Source: Acidobacteriota bacterium (lineage in GTDB: Bacteria; Acidobacteriota; UBA6911; RPQK01; JAJDTT01). From it: a stretch of 64,000 nt of DNA. Shown piece after piece: positions 27,345-36,975 of the stretch. The DNA lies in assembly GCA_965263035.1 (NCBI GenBank), contig OZ253580.1:3264001-3328000 (forward strand). Direction: 5' to 3'. Position 1 is the first letter of the stretch, and every line of letters starts with the position of its first letter. Below the pieces are notes generated by a model, which saw only the letters and a program-made list of their open reading frames with translations, had not been told where the DNA came from and did no database searches. A program made the translations under genes and the position numbers.

Positions 27345-27938
27345 TCAATCCGGAGGCCGGATCATGGTTTCGGCGATGGCGAAGACGCAGGAACTCCGGT
27401 CTCCGCCTCCCAATGCCTCCCGCCAGATGCTTCGAGGGTAGGGGGTGCCTTCGATCCGGCGGCCATCCAGGAGGACCCGAGCCCCTTGGCAGAAGAAGAG
27501 CACCGTGAAGGCGGGCCTTCGCCGCTGAATTTCCGGGTCGGCACGGTAAGTCAGGGTGGCCGGCTCCAGCCGGGTCCAGGTCACGCTCAGGCGATGTCTT
27601 CCGGCCTCCATGATCCATGACGGTGACTCTTTCAGGTCGCCCCCGCGTTGAAAAACGGCTTCGATGATCGGGAGGCTCGACCTGAAGGGGGGTGCATTTC
27701 CTCGAAACATGGTTTCCCGGATGAACTCCAGGAAGGCTCGATTGTCGGTCAAGACCGCCTGGAGGGAGCCGGGAACGTCCACGAAGGCGACGTGCCCCTC
27801 ACCGGCGGGGCTGTAAACGGACCGGTAGAGGCTGACTCGAACGGAATCCTCGCGGGTTCCGGGCGCACGCAGAAAGCAGATCCAGTGTTCTCCCGACCAG
27901 AGGAGGCGGCCAGGCAGGACAGGGTACTGTTGGGTCAT
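27345..27938 (-). CDS. Hypothetical protein
   Basis: Real start is ATG 27938 (MTQQYPVLPG), 11 nt after the upstream stop. The upstream part of the 480-aa track ORF is out-of-frame overlap with the hydrolase gene. Confidence 0.75.
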   Translation of the reverse strand: MTQQYPVLPGRLLWSGEHWICFLRAPGTREDSVRVSLYRSVYSPAGEGHVAFVDVPGSLQAVLTDNRAFLEFIRETMFRGNAPPFRSSLPIIEAVFQRGGDLKESPSWIMEAGRHRLSVTWTRLEPATLTYRADPEIQRRRPAFTVLFFCQGARVLLDGRRIEGTPYPRSIWREALGGGDRSSCVFAIAETMIRPPD

Positions 27939-27949
27939 GGCGTCGGCGA

Positions 27950-28810
27950 CTAGCCGGAAGGGAAGAGTTCCTTCAAGAAGCGGAGGATCTCCTCCCGCAC
28001 CGGATCGCCCTTTCGACCCAATCCGGCGATGATGTTCACGTGGTTGCGGTCCGCAATCTCCAGGCTCCGGACCGTTCCCCCCGACTTGGCCAGGGCGCTC
28101 TCGAGACGCCGCGTCTGATAGTCGGCCGTGGGATAGTCCTGCGCGGCATAGAGCAGTAGAAAAGGCGCCGGCTTGCTCCGCACTCGGAGAGCTGGGGAGG
28201 CGGCCTGGAGTTGTTCGTTTCGGGTGCCGAAGACATCCTGGTAGAGGAGCTGTCCCGTCACCCCGGTCCGGGTCAGGTCGTAGACACCGCTGACGGCCAC
28301 CACCCCGCCGATCACATCGGGCGTCCGGCCGTGCTCCTTCAGATACACTTCGTCCAACGCCGTCAGGGAGCAGAGATGCGCGCCGGCCGAATGCCCCACG
28401 AGAACGATCTTTCTGGGGTTCCAACCGTACCGGGAGGCATTGCCATGAACCCAGCTGACCGCCCGCGCCACGTCCCGGGCGTGCTCGGGATGGCGCACCT
28501 CTGGGGTGAGCCGATAGTTGATCACCGCCACGGCCACGCCCTCGGCGGCCAGACTCCGGCCCATGGCTCCGTAGGCCCCCCCGTAGGCGTCCTTGTCGCC
28601 CCGTTTCCAGGAACCGCCGTGGACGAACACCAGCACCGGATGCCCCTCGCTTCCCGACGGGAGGTAGAGGTCCAGTTTGTGCTTGCTGGGATGAGCGTCG
28701 GATCCTTCGTAGTAGGACAGGTCCTTCCGTTCTACGACCCGGCTCGACCCCGCAGCGGGAACCGTCGCGGCTGCCGCCCACAACCACAAGGCAATCAAGG
28801 CGTATCTCAT
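27950..28810 (-). CDS. Secreted alpha/beta hydrolase (HSL-like esterase)
   Basis: LDLYLP, HGGSW, NYRL and GHSAG nucleophile; signal peptide. Confidence 0.92.
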   Translation of the reverse strand: MRYALIALWLWAAAATVPAAGSSRVVERKDLSYYEGSDAHPSKHKLDLYLPSGSEGHPVLVFVHGGSWKRGDKDAYGGAYGAMGRSLAAEGVAVAVINYRLTPEVRHPEHARDVARAVSWVHGNASRYGWNPRKIVLVGHSAGAHLCSLTALDEVYLKEHGRTPDVIGGVVAVSGVYDLTRTGVTGQLLYQDVFGTRNEQLQAASPALRVRSKPAPFLLLYAAQDYPTADYQTRRLESALAKSGGTVRSLEIADRNHVNIIAGLGRKGDPVREEILRFLKELFPSG

Positions 28811-28951
28811 GGGGCTACGATGCTGGACCACCGGCGGAGATCTTGCAAGTAAGCTCCGATCCGCTCGGCGACAGCGCCGTCGTACCCCGCAAGGAGATCT
28901 GACGCGGGTCTCTGGGCACGGCGGGCCGAAATCGGTCACAATACGCGCGTT

Positions 28952-29680
28952 GTGGAATCATTGAGAGTCGAGAACCTCACCAAGGACTATCCCATGGGAG
29001 AGCGGGTGGTCCGGGCCCTGGACGGGATCTCGCTGGAGGTCGTTCCGGGAGAGTTTCTGGGTGTCGTGGGCCGTTCCGGTTCCGGGAAGTCGACCCTGCT
29101 CAACCTGCTGGCGGGGCTGGACCGCCCCAGTTCGGGATCGCTCTGGGTCGGCGACCGGGACCTGACCCGAATGAGTCCCGAACAATTGGCTCATCATCGC
29201 CAGCACACGGTGGGAATCGTGTTTCAATTCTTTCATCTGATCCCGACCTTGACCGCCCTCCAGAACGTGGAATTGCCCATGGCGTTCTCCGGGTTGGGAC
29301 CGGGAAAACGGGCGGACAAGGCCAGATCGCTGATGGAAAATGTTGGACTCTCCCACCGTCTGGACCACGTTCCCTCTCAGCTCTCCGGAGGTGAGCAACA
29401 ACGGGTCTCCATCGCTCGTTCACTCGCCAACGAACCTCAGTTTCTTCTCGCCGACGAACCCACCGGCAACTTGGACAGTGCCACGGCCAGGGAGATCCAG
29501 GAGATCTTCAAGCGGCTCCACTCGGAGGGGCGCACCGTGATCTGCGTGACCCACGAGCAGGATCTCTGGAAAGAATGCCTGGATCGCGTGATCGAATTGA
29601 GGGACGGCCGTCTTTTCCGGGAAGAACGGCTCGGGCGCGGCAAAGGCGGCGGGAACGGAAGCCCGGGCGGAGAGGACTGA
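28952..29680 (+). CDS. ABC transporter ATP-binding protein (MacB/LolD-like)
   Basis: GRSGSGKS, LSGGEQQRV and LADEPTGNLD. Confidence 0.95.
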   Translation: MESLRVENLTKDYPMGERVVRALDGISLEVVPGEFLGVVGRSGSGKSTLLNLLAGLDRPSSGSLWVGDRDLTRMSPEQLAHHRQHTVGIVFQFFHLIPTLTALQNVELPMAFSGLGPGKRADKARSLMENVGLSHRLDHVPSQLSGGEQQRVSIARSLANEPQFLLADEPTGNLDSATAREIQEIFKRLHSEGRTVICVTHEQDLWKECLDRVIELRDGRLFREERLGRGKGGGNGSPGGED

Positions 29681-31020
29681 TGCCCTGGAGAGACATCTTC
29701 CAGCTGGCCTGGCGCAATATCGGACAGGCCCGCCTTCGCTTCGTCCTGACCTGCCTGGGGGTTCTGATCGCGATCTCCACCCTGGTGGCGCTGGTGAGTT
29801 TCGGAGCCGGGCTGCGCTTGCAGACGGTGGGGAACCTGGAGGTGCGGGAGGTTTTCACCTCTTTCCAGATTCTGGGACCCGCCAGATCCCAGAGCTTCCG
29901 ACGGTTTCGGGATTCCGACCCGGACTCCACCACCCCAACCGCCAGACCGGTTCTGGACGAAGACCTGGTCCGCCGGGTTTCGGCGCTTGAAGGAGTCGTG
30001 AGCGTCCAGCCGGACATCCGATTCGCGGCTCGTCTGGAGCACGGGGACAAGGTTCACCTGACCCGGGTCCGCGGAGCAGGCCCGCACGTCGCTCCCCTGT
30101 CCCCCTATTCGAAGATCACTCAGGGGCGGTTTCTCTCCGGGACCAAGGGGCCCGAGATCGTCCTCACCGGCCGGGTGGCTCGCCGGTTGGGGTTCGAGCC
30201 CCCGGAAAAGGCAGTGGGGAAAACCATCCAACTCTTGACGGATCGTCTCAAGCGGGACGTCGACGACGGGGATCTCCCCTTCGAAACGGTTCGACTCTCC
30301 TATCAGGTCGTGGGTGTCTTGCCTCGTCTGCTCCCGAATCAGACCAACCCGTTTTTCCGGGGCGTGGTCATCCCCTTGGAAGAGGCGCGCGTACTCTGGA
30401 GGCAAAATGCGAGCGGGATGACGTCCCTGTCCGGTCTGACCTCTCTGGAGGAAGGCCGAGGGCGGGAATACGACAGCATCGACGTGCGCGTGGCGGATCT
30501 GGTGAGCCTGGAGCGGGTTCGGGAAGAGGTCCGGTCCTGGGGGGCGGCGACGTTCGCCATCGTCGACCAGATGAAGCGGATCCAAGAGGCGTTTCTCGTG
30601 CTTGAGGTGGTCCTCGGCGTCCTGGGCGGAATCGCCATGCTCGTCGCATCTCTGGGCATCGCCAATGTCCTGATCATTTCGGTCATGGAGCGCCGCCAGG
30701 TCATCGGCATCATGAAGGCCATCGGAGGAACCGATCGGGACGTCCGCCGCATCTTCCTGGCAGAGGCGGGCTTGATCGGATTTTCAGGCGGCGTCATGGG
30801 CCTCCTTGCGGGCTGGACTCTGACCCGAATCGCCACGGTCTTCATCGACCGCTACTTCCAGAGTCACGATATTCTGGACGCTCCCAACCTCTTTGCCTAT
30901 CCCCTGTGGCTGGTGGCGGGCGCCATCGGTTTCGCGGTGGGGTTGAGCCTCCTCTCGGGCGTGATTCCAGCCAATCGCGCCACCCGGGTCGATCCGGTCC
31001 AGGCTCTCCGGCAAGGCTAG
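29680..31020 (+). CDS. ABC transporter permease (MacB/FtsX-like)
   Basis: TGATG coupling to the ATPase; SVMERRQVIGIMKAIG and PANRATRVDPVQALR. Confidence 0.93.
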   Translation: MPWRDIFQLAWRNIGQARLRFVLTCLGVLIAISTLVALVSFGAGLRLQTVGNLEVREVFTSFQILGPARSQSFRRFRDSDPDSTTPTARPVLDEDLVRRVSALEGVVSVQPDIRFAARLEHGDKVHLTRVRGAGPHVAPLSPYSKITQGRFLSGTKGPEIVLTGRVARRLGFEPPEKAVGKTIQLLTDRLKRDVDDGDLPFETVRLSYQVVGVLPRLLPNQTNPFFRGVVIPLEEARVLWRQNASGMTSLSGLTSLEEGRGREYDSIDVRVADLVSLERVREEVRSWGAATFAIVDQMKRIQEAFLVLEVVLGVLGGIAMLVASLGIANVLIISVMERRQVIGIMKAIGGTDRDVRRIFLAEAGLIGFSGGVMGLLAGWTLTRIATVFIDRYFQSHDILDAPNLFAYPLWLVAGAIGFAVGLSLLSGVIPANRATRVDPVQALRQG

Positions 31021-31058
31021 GAGTCTGCGCGGTAGATCAATTTCTGCGGCGCAGGCTC
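31021..31058. mobile_element. Internally deleted 38-bp family B element
   Basis: CTAG|GAGTCTGCGCGGTAGATCAATTTCTGCGGCGCAGGCTC: the left and right ends of family B fused at GTAGA. Confidence 0.85.
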
Positions 31059-31061
31059 TTA

Positions 31062-31622
31062 CTACCGGTCAGGCAGGCGCTGTTCCGGAGCGGACGAACG
31101 CACGGGCGGAGTGGGCGGGGGATCGCTGGTCTGCCGCTTCTCCTCGGGGATGATCTCCCAGGGAGGACGGATCGGGGGACGGGCCGGCCGGCCGCCGGAG
31201 GGCGCCCTGACTGGAGGAACCCGGGAGGGCCTTGACACCGGGGATCGGCTTACCGGCGCCCTCCGGGACGGGGTAGGCGTCAACCTGCGCGGAGCCGTCG
31301 TCTGGGGCCGGTTGCCGAGCCGCCGATCCGAATCGCCGACTCCGACGGTCGGCGCCGCTGGGGTCGAACCCGTGGCGGGCGGTTCAACCGGGGCCGTCTC
31401 CGATCCGGAGGCCGGAAGCCTCCTGGGTGCCGGAATCCGGCGTTCCGGGCTGGGAGTCGAAACCTCCGGAGAGGTGCTCTCGACCGGGCTTCCCTCCTGC
31501 CGCATCGGACGCACGATTTCCTCGCCTGGATCGGTGCTCCAATAGGTCTGAGTCAGGATGTAGACGACGAATAAAGCCGAAGCGGCGACCAGGGCGGTGT
31601 TGATCTGGTTGGCGTATTTCAC
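31062..31622 (-). CDS. Membrane-anchored Pro/Ser/Arg-rich protein
   Basis: N-terminal TM helix followed by a low-complexity tail. Confidence 0.7.
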   Translation of the reverse strand: MKYANQINTALVAASALFVVYILTQTYWSTDPGEEIVRPMRQEGSPVESTSPEVSTPSPERRIPAPRRLPASGSETAPVEPPATGSTPAAPTVGVGDSDRRLGNRPQTTAPRRLTPTPSRRAPVSRSPVSRPSRVPPVRAPSGGRPARPPIRPPWEIIPEEKRQTSDPPPTPPVRSSAPEQRLPDR

Positions 31623-31913
31623 GGCAGGTCACTTGCTCCCGATGACCAAGATAGCTTACCAGTCCATGGTGAACGTCCCACGTAGCACCGAAACCGGGAC
31701 TGCGCCTGCCACACCTGGCGCGACGAAGGACTTACCGGAAGCATGTGACCAAGGAGCAACGCCCTACACCTGGATTTGAACCCGGTCGAGTCGGATGACG
31801 GCTCTTGCCACGGTCGATTACCGAAGCCGCGGCCTTCAGATCGGTTTCGTTCGTTGCTGCAACCGGTCCGGTTCGCTTTTGCCCGGCAGGTAGGCTATCT
31901 TGAGATTCCCACA

Positions 31914-32900
31914 ATGCTCAGGCGTCCCACCTGGATCATGATCATTCTATTGGCTCTGGGGATTCCTTGCTCCGCTGCAGTCCAGGACGCCGCGCCGGAA
32001 CAAAAGGATGCCGGTTCCGGTATCTCCAGAGTCGAAGTCGAGATGCAGCTGGAGCACATCCGGGTCACTTTCCTGGTGCGTGACGATCGGGGCCATCTGA
32101 TCCGAGATCTATCGAAAGACGACTTCGTTGTCCTGGAGAATGGCCGGCCCCAGAACATCACCATGCTTGAGGAGCAGGAGGTTTCCATCAACGTGGCGGT
32201 CATGTTGGATTCCAGCTGGAGCCTCCAGGACCTCCTGAAGAATGCCGTGGAGACGGCTATCGACTTCTTCCGCGGGCTGGAGCACGAAAGTGCGGCCGTC
32301 GTCCGATTCTCCCAAACTCCCGAGTTGATCCTGGACTGGGACGAGAGACCGCAGGATATCCGGTCGCTGATGGCGCGCGTCTCCAGCGACGGCAAGACGG
32401 CTCTCTACGATTCGGTGATCTGGGTCTGCCGAAACGTCCTGAAGTCTCGACCAGGCAAGAAAGTGGTCGTTCTGATCAGCGACGGAATAGACACCGCCAG
32501 CAGAGCCAGTTTCCGCGACATGATCAGAGTCTCGCGCCAGGAGGGAGTCACCGTCTACCCCATCATCTACACCAACCGGTTCATCGAGAACTACCGCCGG
32601 GAGTTGGGCGAACGAGAGGCGCCGATCCGGAGCACCATCAGTCGCGCCTTCCACCGATTTGTCGTCGCCCAGAACCGATTTCTCGATCAGACTCGGCGCT
32701 ATGGGGGACGGACCATCTTCTCGGACTCCTTTCTCGATCTGCAACAGATCTACACGGACATCATCGAAGAGATGAAGAGCCACTACGTCCTGTATTATCA
32801 GTCTGACGCGCGAGATGAGCGAGATGAGGAAGAGTCGCGCGAAGTCCGGATGTTCACCCGACGTATTCCGGGAAGGATTTTCGTCGAGATCAGTCAGTGA
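31914..32900 (+). CDS. Secreted VWA domain protein (Acidobacterial VWFA-related type)
   Basis: DLSKDDFVVLENGRPQ, MIDAS DSSWS, TALYD and LISDGID. Confidence 0.9.
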   Translation: MLRRPTWIMIILLALGIPCSAAVQDAAPEQKDAGSGISRVEVEMQLEHIRVTFLVRDDRGHLIRDLSKDDFVVLENGRPQNITMLEEQEVSINVAVMLDSSWSLQDLLKNAVETAIDFFRGLEHESAAVVRFSQTPELILDWDERPQDIRSLMARVSSDGKTALYDSVIWVCRNVLKSRPGKKVVVLISDGIDTASRASFRDMIRVSRQEGVTVYPIIYTNRFIENYRRELGEREAPIRSTISRAFHRFVVAQNRFLDQTRRYGGRTIFSDSFLDLQQIYTDIIEEMKSHYVLYYQSDARDERDEEESREVRMFTRRIPGRIFVEISQ

Positions 32901-32988
32901 CGGGGCGCGCCGCTGGATTGAAGGGGCGTGTAGAATAGAGGGGCAACGTTTCCGCCGGCCAACGTTCTCTAGAGACTGGAAGTGAGAT

Positions 32989-34068
32989 ATGAGTGACAAG
33001 CAGGAGATTCTGGAGGCGCTGAGAAGAGTTCAGGACCCGGATCTCCGACGAGATATCGTTTCCCTCGGGTTCGTCAAGGAAGTCAAGCTCTGCGGCCCGG
33101 CGGCCGCCGTCACCATCGAACTGACCACGCCGGCCTGTCCGGTGAAGGATCTGATGAAGGAGCAGGCGCGGCAAGCTATCTTGTCGGTGCCGGGAATCGA
33201 AGAGGCCCACGTCACCATGACGGCGCAGGTGCGATCCTCGATGGGATCCCGAGGGGCCGCCCTTCTGCCCGACGTGAAGAACGTCATCCCGGTGGCCAGC
33301 GGAAAGGGCGGCGTAGGGAAGTCGACAGTGAGCGCCAACCTGGCTCTGGCTCTGGCCCGGAGCGGGGCAAGTGTCGGCCTGTTGGATGCCGACGTCTATG
33401 GGCCCAGCATTCCCACTCTCATGGGGATCACCGGTAAGCCGGACATGGCGCCCGGGAACCGCATCCTCCCGATCCGGCAGTACGGCGTCGGCGTCATCTC
33501 CATGGGATTCTTCCTCCCCAGCGACAAGGCCGTCATCTGGCGGGGTCCCATGCTGGACAAGATGATCGGCCAGTTCCTGGGCGGCGTTCAATGGGGGGCG
33601 CTGGACTATCTGGTGATCGATCTGCCGCCGGGTACGGGGGACGTTCAGTTGAGCCTCTGCCAGAAGATCTCCCTGACCGGAGCCGTCGTCGTCTCAACCC
33701 CGCAGGACGTGGCCCTGAACGTGGCTCAGAAGGCTATCATCATGTTCAACCAGTTGAACTGTCCCGTCCTTGGGATGGTGGAGAACATGAGCTACTACGT
33801 CTGCAGTTGCTGCGGCACGCGAGAGGCCATCTTCGGATCCGGAGGCGCGCAGCGGGTCAGTGAGCAACTGGAGCTTCCGCTGTTGGGGGACATCCCTCTC
33901 TCCACCGACATTCGAGTTCAGTCCGACCGGGGCCGTCCCATCGTTCTGGATGCTCCCGAGTCGCTGGCCGCCCGATCCTTCGTGAGCGTGGCCGAAAACC
34001 TCGCGGCGCAGATCAGCATCCGCAACATGTCCAGCGAGCTGAATCAGGAGATTCAGATCGCATTCTAG
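32989..34068 (+). CDS. apbC: Mrp/NBP35 (ApbC) Fe-S carrier ATPase with N-terminal DUF59 domain
   Basis: DPDL, LTTPACP, ASGKGGVGKST, DADVYGPS, WRGPM, DLPPGTGD and ENMS. Confidence 0.95.
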   Translation: MSDKQEILEALRRVQDPDLRRDIVSLGFVKEVKLCGPAAAVTIELTTPACPVKDLMKEQARQAILSVPGIEEAHVTMTAQVRSSMGSRGAALLPDVKNVIPVASGKGGVGKSTVSANLALALARSGASVGLLDADVYGPSIPTLMGITGKPDMAPGNRILPIRQYGVGVISMGFFLPSDKAVIWRGPMLDKMIGQFLGGVQWGALDYLVIDLPPGTGDVQLSLCQKISLTGAVVVSTPQDVALNVAQKAIIMFNQLNCPVLGMVENMSYYVCSCCGTREAIFGSGGAQRVSEQLELPLLGDIPLSTDIRVQSDRGRPIVLDAPESLAARSFVSVAENLAAQISIRNMSSELNQEIQIAF

Positions 34069-34081
34069 GTCAAGCGGGCAG

Positions 34082-34390
34082 TTGAACATTCCTCGCCGGA
34101 TCAGCCGGGCCAATCAGCACGATGTCGCCATTGCCTGGAGTGACGGACACCAGAGTCTCTATCCGGCTCGAGATCTCAGGCTCGCCTGCCCCTGTGCCTC
34201 CTGCGTCGACGAAATGACGGGCCTGCGCATCCTGCTGCCGGGCCAAGTCAACCAGGGTATCGCTCCAGCGTCTCTCGAGTTGGTGGGGCGTTACGCAATC
34301 CGGATCTGGTGGCAGGACGGGCACTCCAGCGGCATCTACACCTTCGACTACCTGAGGGACCTTTGCCCCTGCCAGGAGTGCCGGGGCTGA
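34082..34390 (+). CDS. DUF971 (GBBH-like N-terminal) protein
   Basis: WSDGH, LRLACPCASC, VGRYAI and DGHSSGIY. Confidence 0.92.
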   Translation: MNIPRRISRANQHDVAIAWSDGHQSLYPARDLRLACPCASCVDEMTGLRILLPGQVNQGIAPASLELVGRYAIRIWWQDGHSSGIYTFDYLRDLCPCQECRG

Positions 34391-34391
34391 T

Positions 34392-35192
34392 TCAGACGGT
34401 CTTCTTGAGTTGACGGCGGCCCACCCAGGCCGTCGCACGGGCGGTCAGGGCCGGCGATAGACGGTTCAAGCCGATGAGCAGCCTTCCGAGTCCCGTCATG
34501 TGAACTTCCCGGCGCCGGCGCCGGACCGCACTGACGATGGCGCGCGCCACCGATTCCGAGGTGTCCGGCCGGAATGGCCTGCTGGCGGCCTGGGCGCTTT
34601 CGCTCCGCGTGGCCGCCTCGTGAAACTCGGTCGCCGTATATCCGGGACAGATGAGGCTGACCCCCACGCCACTCCCCCTGAGTTCGCCCCAGAGCGATTC
34701 GGCCAGTGCCGCCTGCGCGAACTTGGTCACGCAGTACGCCGAGTTGAAGGGCATGGCCCTTTTGCCGATGATGCTGCTGACCAGAACGATGTGTCCGCTT
34801 CCTTGCCGAAGCAGCCCGGGAAGGGCGGCATGGATGGTCTCGTATCCGGACTGGAAGTTGACCCGCCAGATGCGATTCACCGTCTCCGGGGGAATCTCGA
34901 CCACCGGGCCAACGACACCGTAACCGGCATTCGAGACAACCACGTCGAGACCCTGGAGATGCTGGCGGCACTCGTGGACGATGGCCGTCCCGCGGTCCGG
35001 CTGACTCAGATCGTGGGATGCCCAGAGGGCTTGGGGAGCACCTCTGCGGCGGCACTCGCCGGCCACCTGCTCCAACCGTTCGCTTCGTCGGGCCACCAGA
35101 AAGAGCTCGCACCCTTCCTCGGCAAACGCGTAGGCAGTGGCTTCACCGATTCCGGCCGACGCCCCGGTGATGAGGACCTTCTTGTGGTGCAT
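34392..35192 (-). CDS. Short-chain dehydrogenase/reductase
   Basis: ITGASAGIG, SNAG and YCVTK. Confidence 0.93.
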   Translation of the reverse strand: MHHKKVLITGASAGIGEATAYAFAEEGCELFLVARRSERLEQVAGECRRRGAPQALWASHDLSQPDRGTAIVHECRQHLQGLDVVVSNAGYGVVGPVVEIPPETVNRIWRVNFQSGYETIHAALPGLLRQGSGHIVLVSSIIGKRAMPFNSAYCVTKFAQAALAESLWGELRGSGVGVSLICPGYTATEFHEAATRSESAQAASRPFRPDTSESVARAIVSAVRRRRREVHMTGLGRLLIGLNRLSPALTARATAWVGRRQLKKTV

Positions 35193-35282
35193 GGATCTGC
35201 GATTCGACGGCGTCCTTGGCTCAGCGGCCAAAGCCGATCCGCAGCCGCCGTGACGGGTCGAGCCCGTCCGTTCCCGGGTGGT

Positions 35283-36183
35283 TCATCTCCGAGTCTTGGC
35301 CAGAATCATTGCACCTCTCCAGCGGATTGCCTTGAGTCGCTCCAGCTTCATCTCGAGGGAAGTGCCGGGCAGGTCGCTGTCCGCCAGGGTCAGGAGCAGG
35401 GGGATGGTCCTTCCCGACTTGGGTTTGATGCTCATCTCCTTCCAGGAGAAGAGGACCTCCAAGGTGGCGGTGTGCTGTTTCTGCCTGGCCGTGACGATGG
35501 GAGCGGAGGTGGCGGTCTCCATGCCCTTGTAACCCTTCAGCAGGCGGTGCCATCCAAAGGGTCCCCGGCTTTCGATTCGCGGCGTCAACCAGAAGGTGTA
35601 GTCATAGTCGGAGCGGCGAATGTGGAATTTCAGGTAGTCGTAGAAGAGTGTCCGGTCCCGGCGCCTCCGATCCGGGGTCAGCCAGACCGCATCCCGCCTG
35701 CGGACGCGCTCGATATCCCAGATGTCGTCGGTCCAGTGCATCGCCAGATAGAGATTTTCCTTGTCCCAGAGGCCCTGAACTCGAAGCTCGACGTCTCCTT
35801 CCTTGAACCCCTCGTCGCCGCTTGAGGGTGAGAGCTTCAACCAGGGAACTCCCTGCCACTCGTCGGTGAATCCGTCGATCTGGATGTGTCTCTGCCGTTC
35901 AGGAATCTCCCAGCGCTGCTGCGCCCGAACCGGGACGTCACCCAGGAAGAAACAAGCCAGAAGAGTCAATGATGCTGTTTTGGGAACTAGGAGTCTGCGC
36001 GGTAGAAATGATCGCAGCGAGAAAGTGGGGAATCGAGGCCAGATTTTCTCGATTTTGAGGTGCATAGTTGTTCTATTCGCCGAGAAATCGGGGAAATCTG
36101 GACCGATTCTACCGCTTTCGCAGTAGATCAATTTCTGCGGCGCAGGCTCCTAGCCCACGCTGGCTCCAAGTCAAGGTCTTCAC
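35283..36183 (-). pseudogene. Secreted CBM9/DOMON-like protein whose signal-peptide region is interrupted by a family B element
   Basis: IDGFTDEW and WDKENLYLA motifs. Removing 35991-36153 restores the frame GTG36183-MKTLTWSQRGLVPKTASLTLLACFFLGDVPVRA/QQ, with a GGAGGG RBS. Confidence 0.8.
35991..36149. mobile_element. MITE-like family B, intact copy 2 (159 bp), perfect CTAG duplication
   Basis: CTAG at 35987-35990 and 36150-36153; near-identical to 3708-3866. Confidence 0.92.
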
Positions 36184-36240
36184 CCCTCCACTGATCCGGT
36201 CAGAGTCTTCAGGAGCAAACGCATTGTAGCACCCAGACAC

Positions 36241-36434
36241 GGGATAAGGAGGAAAGAGCAAAGAGGAAAGAGTGAAGAAAGGCGCGTAGTTTACGCGTAG
36301 CGGGCACGTCTACCGAAAACGATCTGGTTAAGGATTCTGGAGCCAGATTGGTTCGAAGGCTTGTTTCTTCCATGAATCCCCCGGAGCCCAGCCGGTGAGG
36401 GAGCTTTCCTCTTTCCTCATTTCCTCCTCTCCCG
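36241..36434. repeat. ~195-bp element bounded by ~30-bp purine/pyrimidine inverted repeats; candidate structured RNA
   Basis: GGGATAAGGAGGAAAGAGCAAAGAGGAAAG pairs with CTTTCCTCTTTCCTCATTTCCTCCTCTCCC; internal stems are also present. Confidence 0.6.
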
Positions 36435-36504
36435 GGGGTTGTCAGACAGTCCACATGGAGCGTAATCTCTGCCGGGAGCCGGAGTAAGCCCGGCGGTCAC
36501 GACG

Positions 36505-36930
36505 ATGGTAAAGATGCCCTCCGTTCTTTTCGTATGTACCGGCAACTCCGCCCGCAGCCAGATGGCCGAGGGCTTCGCTCGGCGCCATGGTTTGAAATGG
36601 GTCCGGGCGGAGAGCGCGGGGTTCCGCCCAGCCGGTCTCAACCCGTATGCCGTCTGGGCCATGAACGAGGTGGGCATCGATATCTCGCAGCAGACCTCCG
36701 ACGTGTTGGGAGACAAGGATCTCCGGCGCTACGATCATTTCATTACCCTGTGCCGGAACGCCCGGGACTCATGTCCGGTGCTGCCGGCGGAGCTTCGATC
36801 GGAGCATTGGGACCTTCCCGACCCGGCGCGGATCTGGGGGACCCCGGAGGAAAGGATGAGCGGCTTTCGGGTGGTCCGATACCTGATCGAGCAACGGGTC
36901 CTGGAACTGCTGAATCGGCTCACTCGTTGA
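36505..36930 (+). CDS. arsC: Thioredoxin-coupled arsenate reductase / LMW-PTP family
   Basis: CTGNSARSQMAE P-loop, TLCRNARDSCP resolving Cys pair and HWDLPDP. Confidence 0.88.
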   Translation: MVKMPSVLFVCTGNSARSQMAEGFARRHGLKWVRAESAGFRPAGLNPYAVWAMNEVGIDISQQTSDVLGDKDLRRYDHFITLCRNARDSCPVLPAELRSEHWDLPDPARIWGTPEERMSGFRVVRYLIEQRVLELLNRLTR

Positions 36931-36975
36931 GGAAGTATGTGACGGCTGATGTTGGAGGCTGCTAGAATCCAAGTC

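Noticed and set aside
36241-36434. RNase P RNA, tmRNA or retron msr-msd
   Set aside because: GAGGAAAG is present but the other RNase P conserved regions are not; no tRNA-like ends or tag peptide; no reverse transcriptase nearby.
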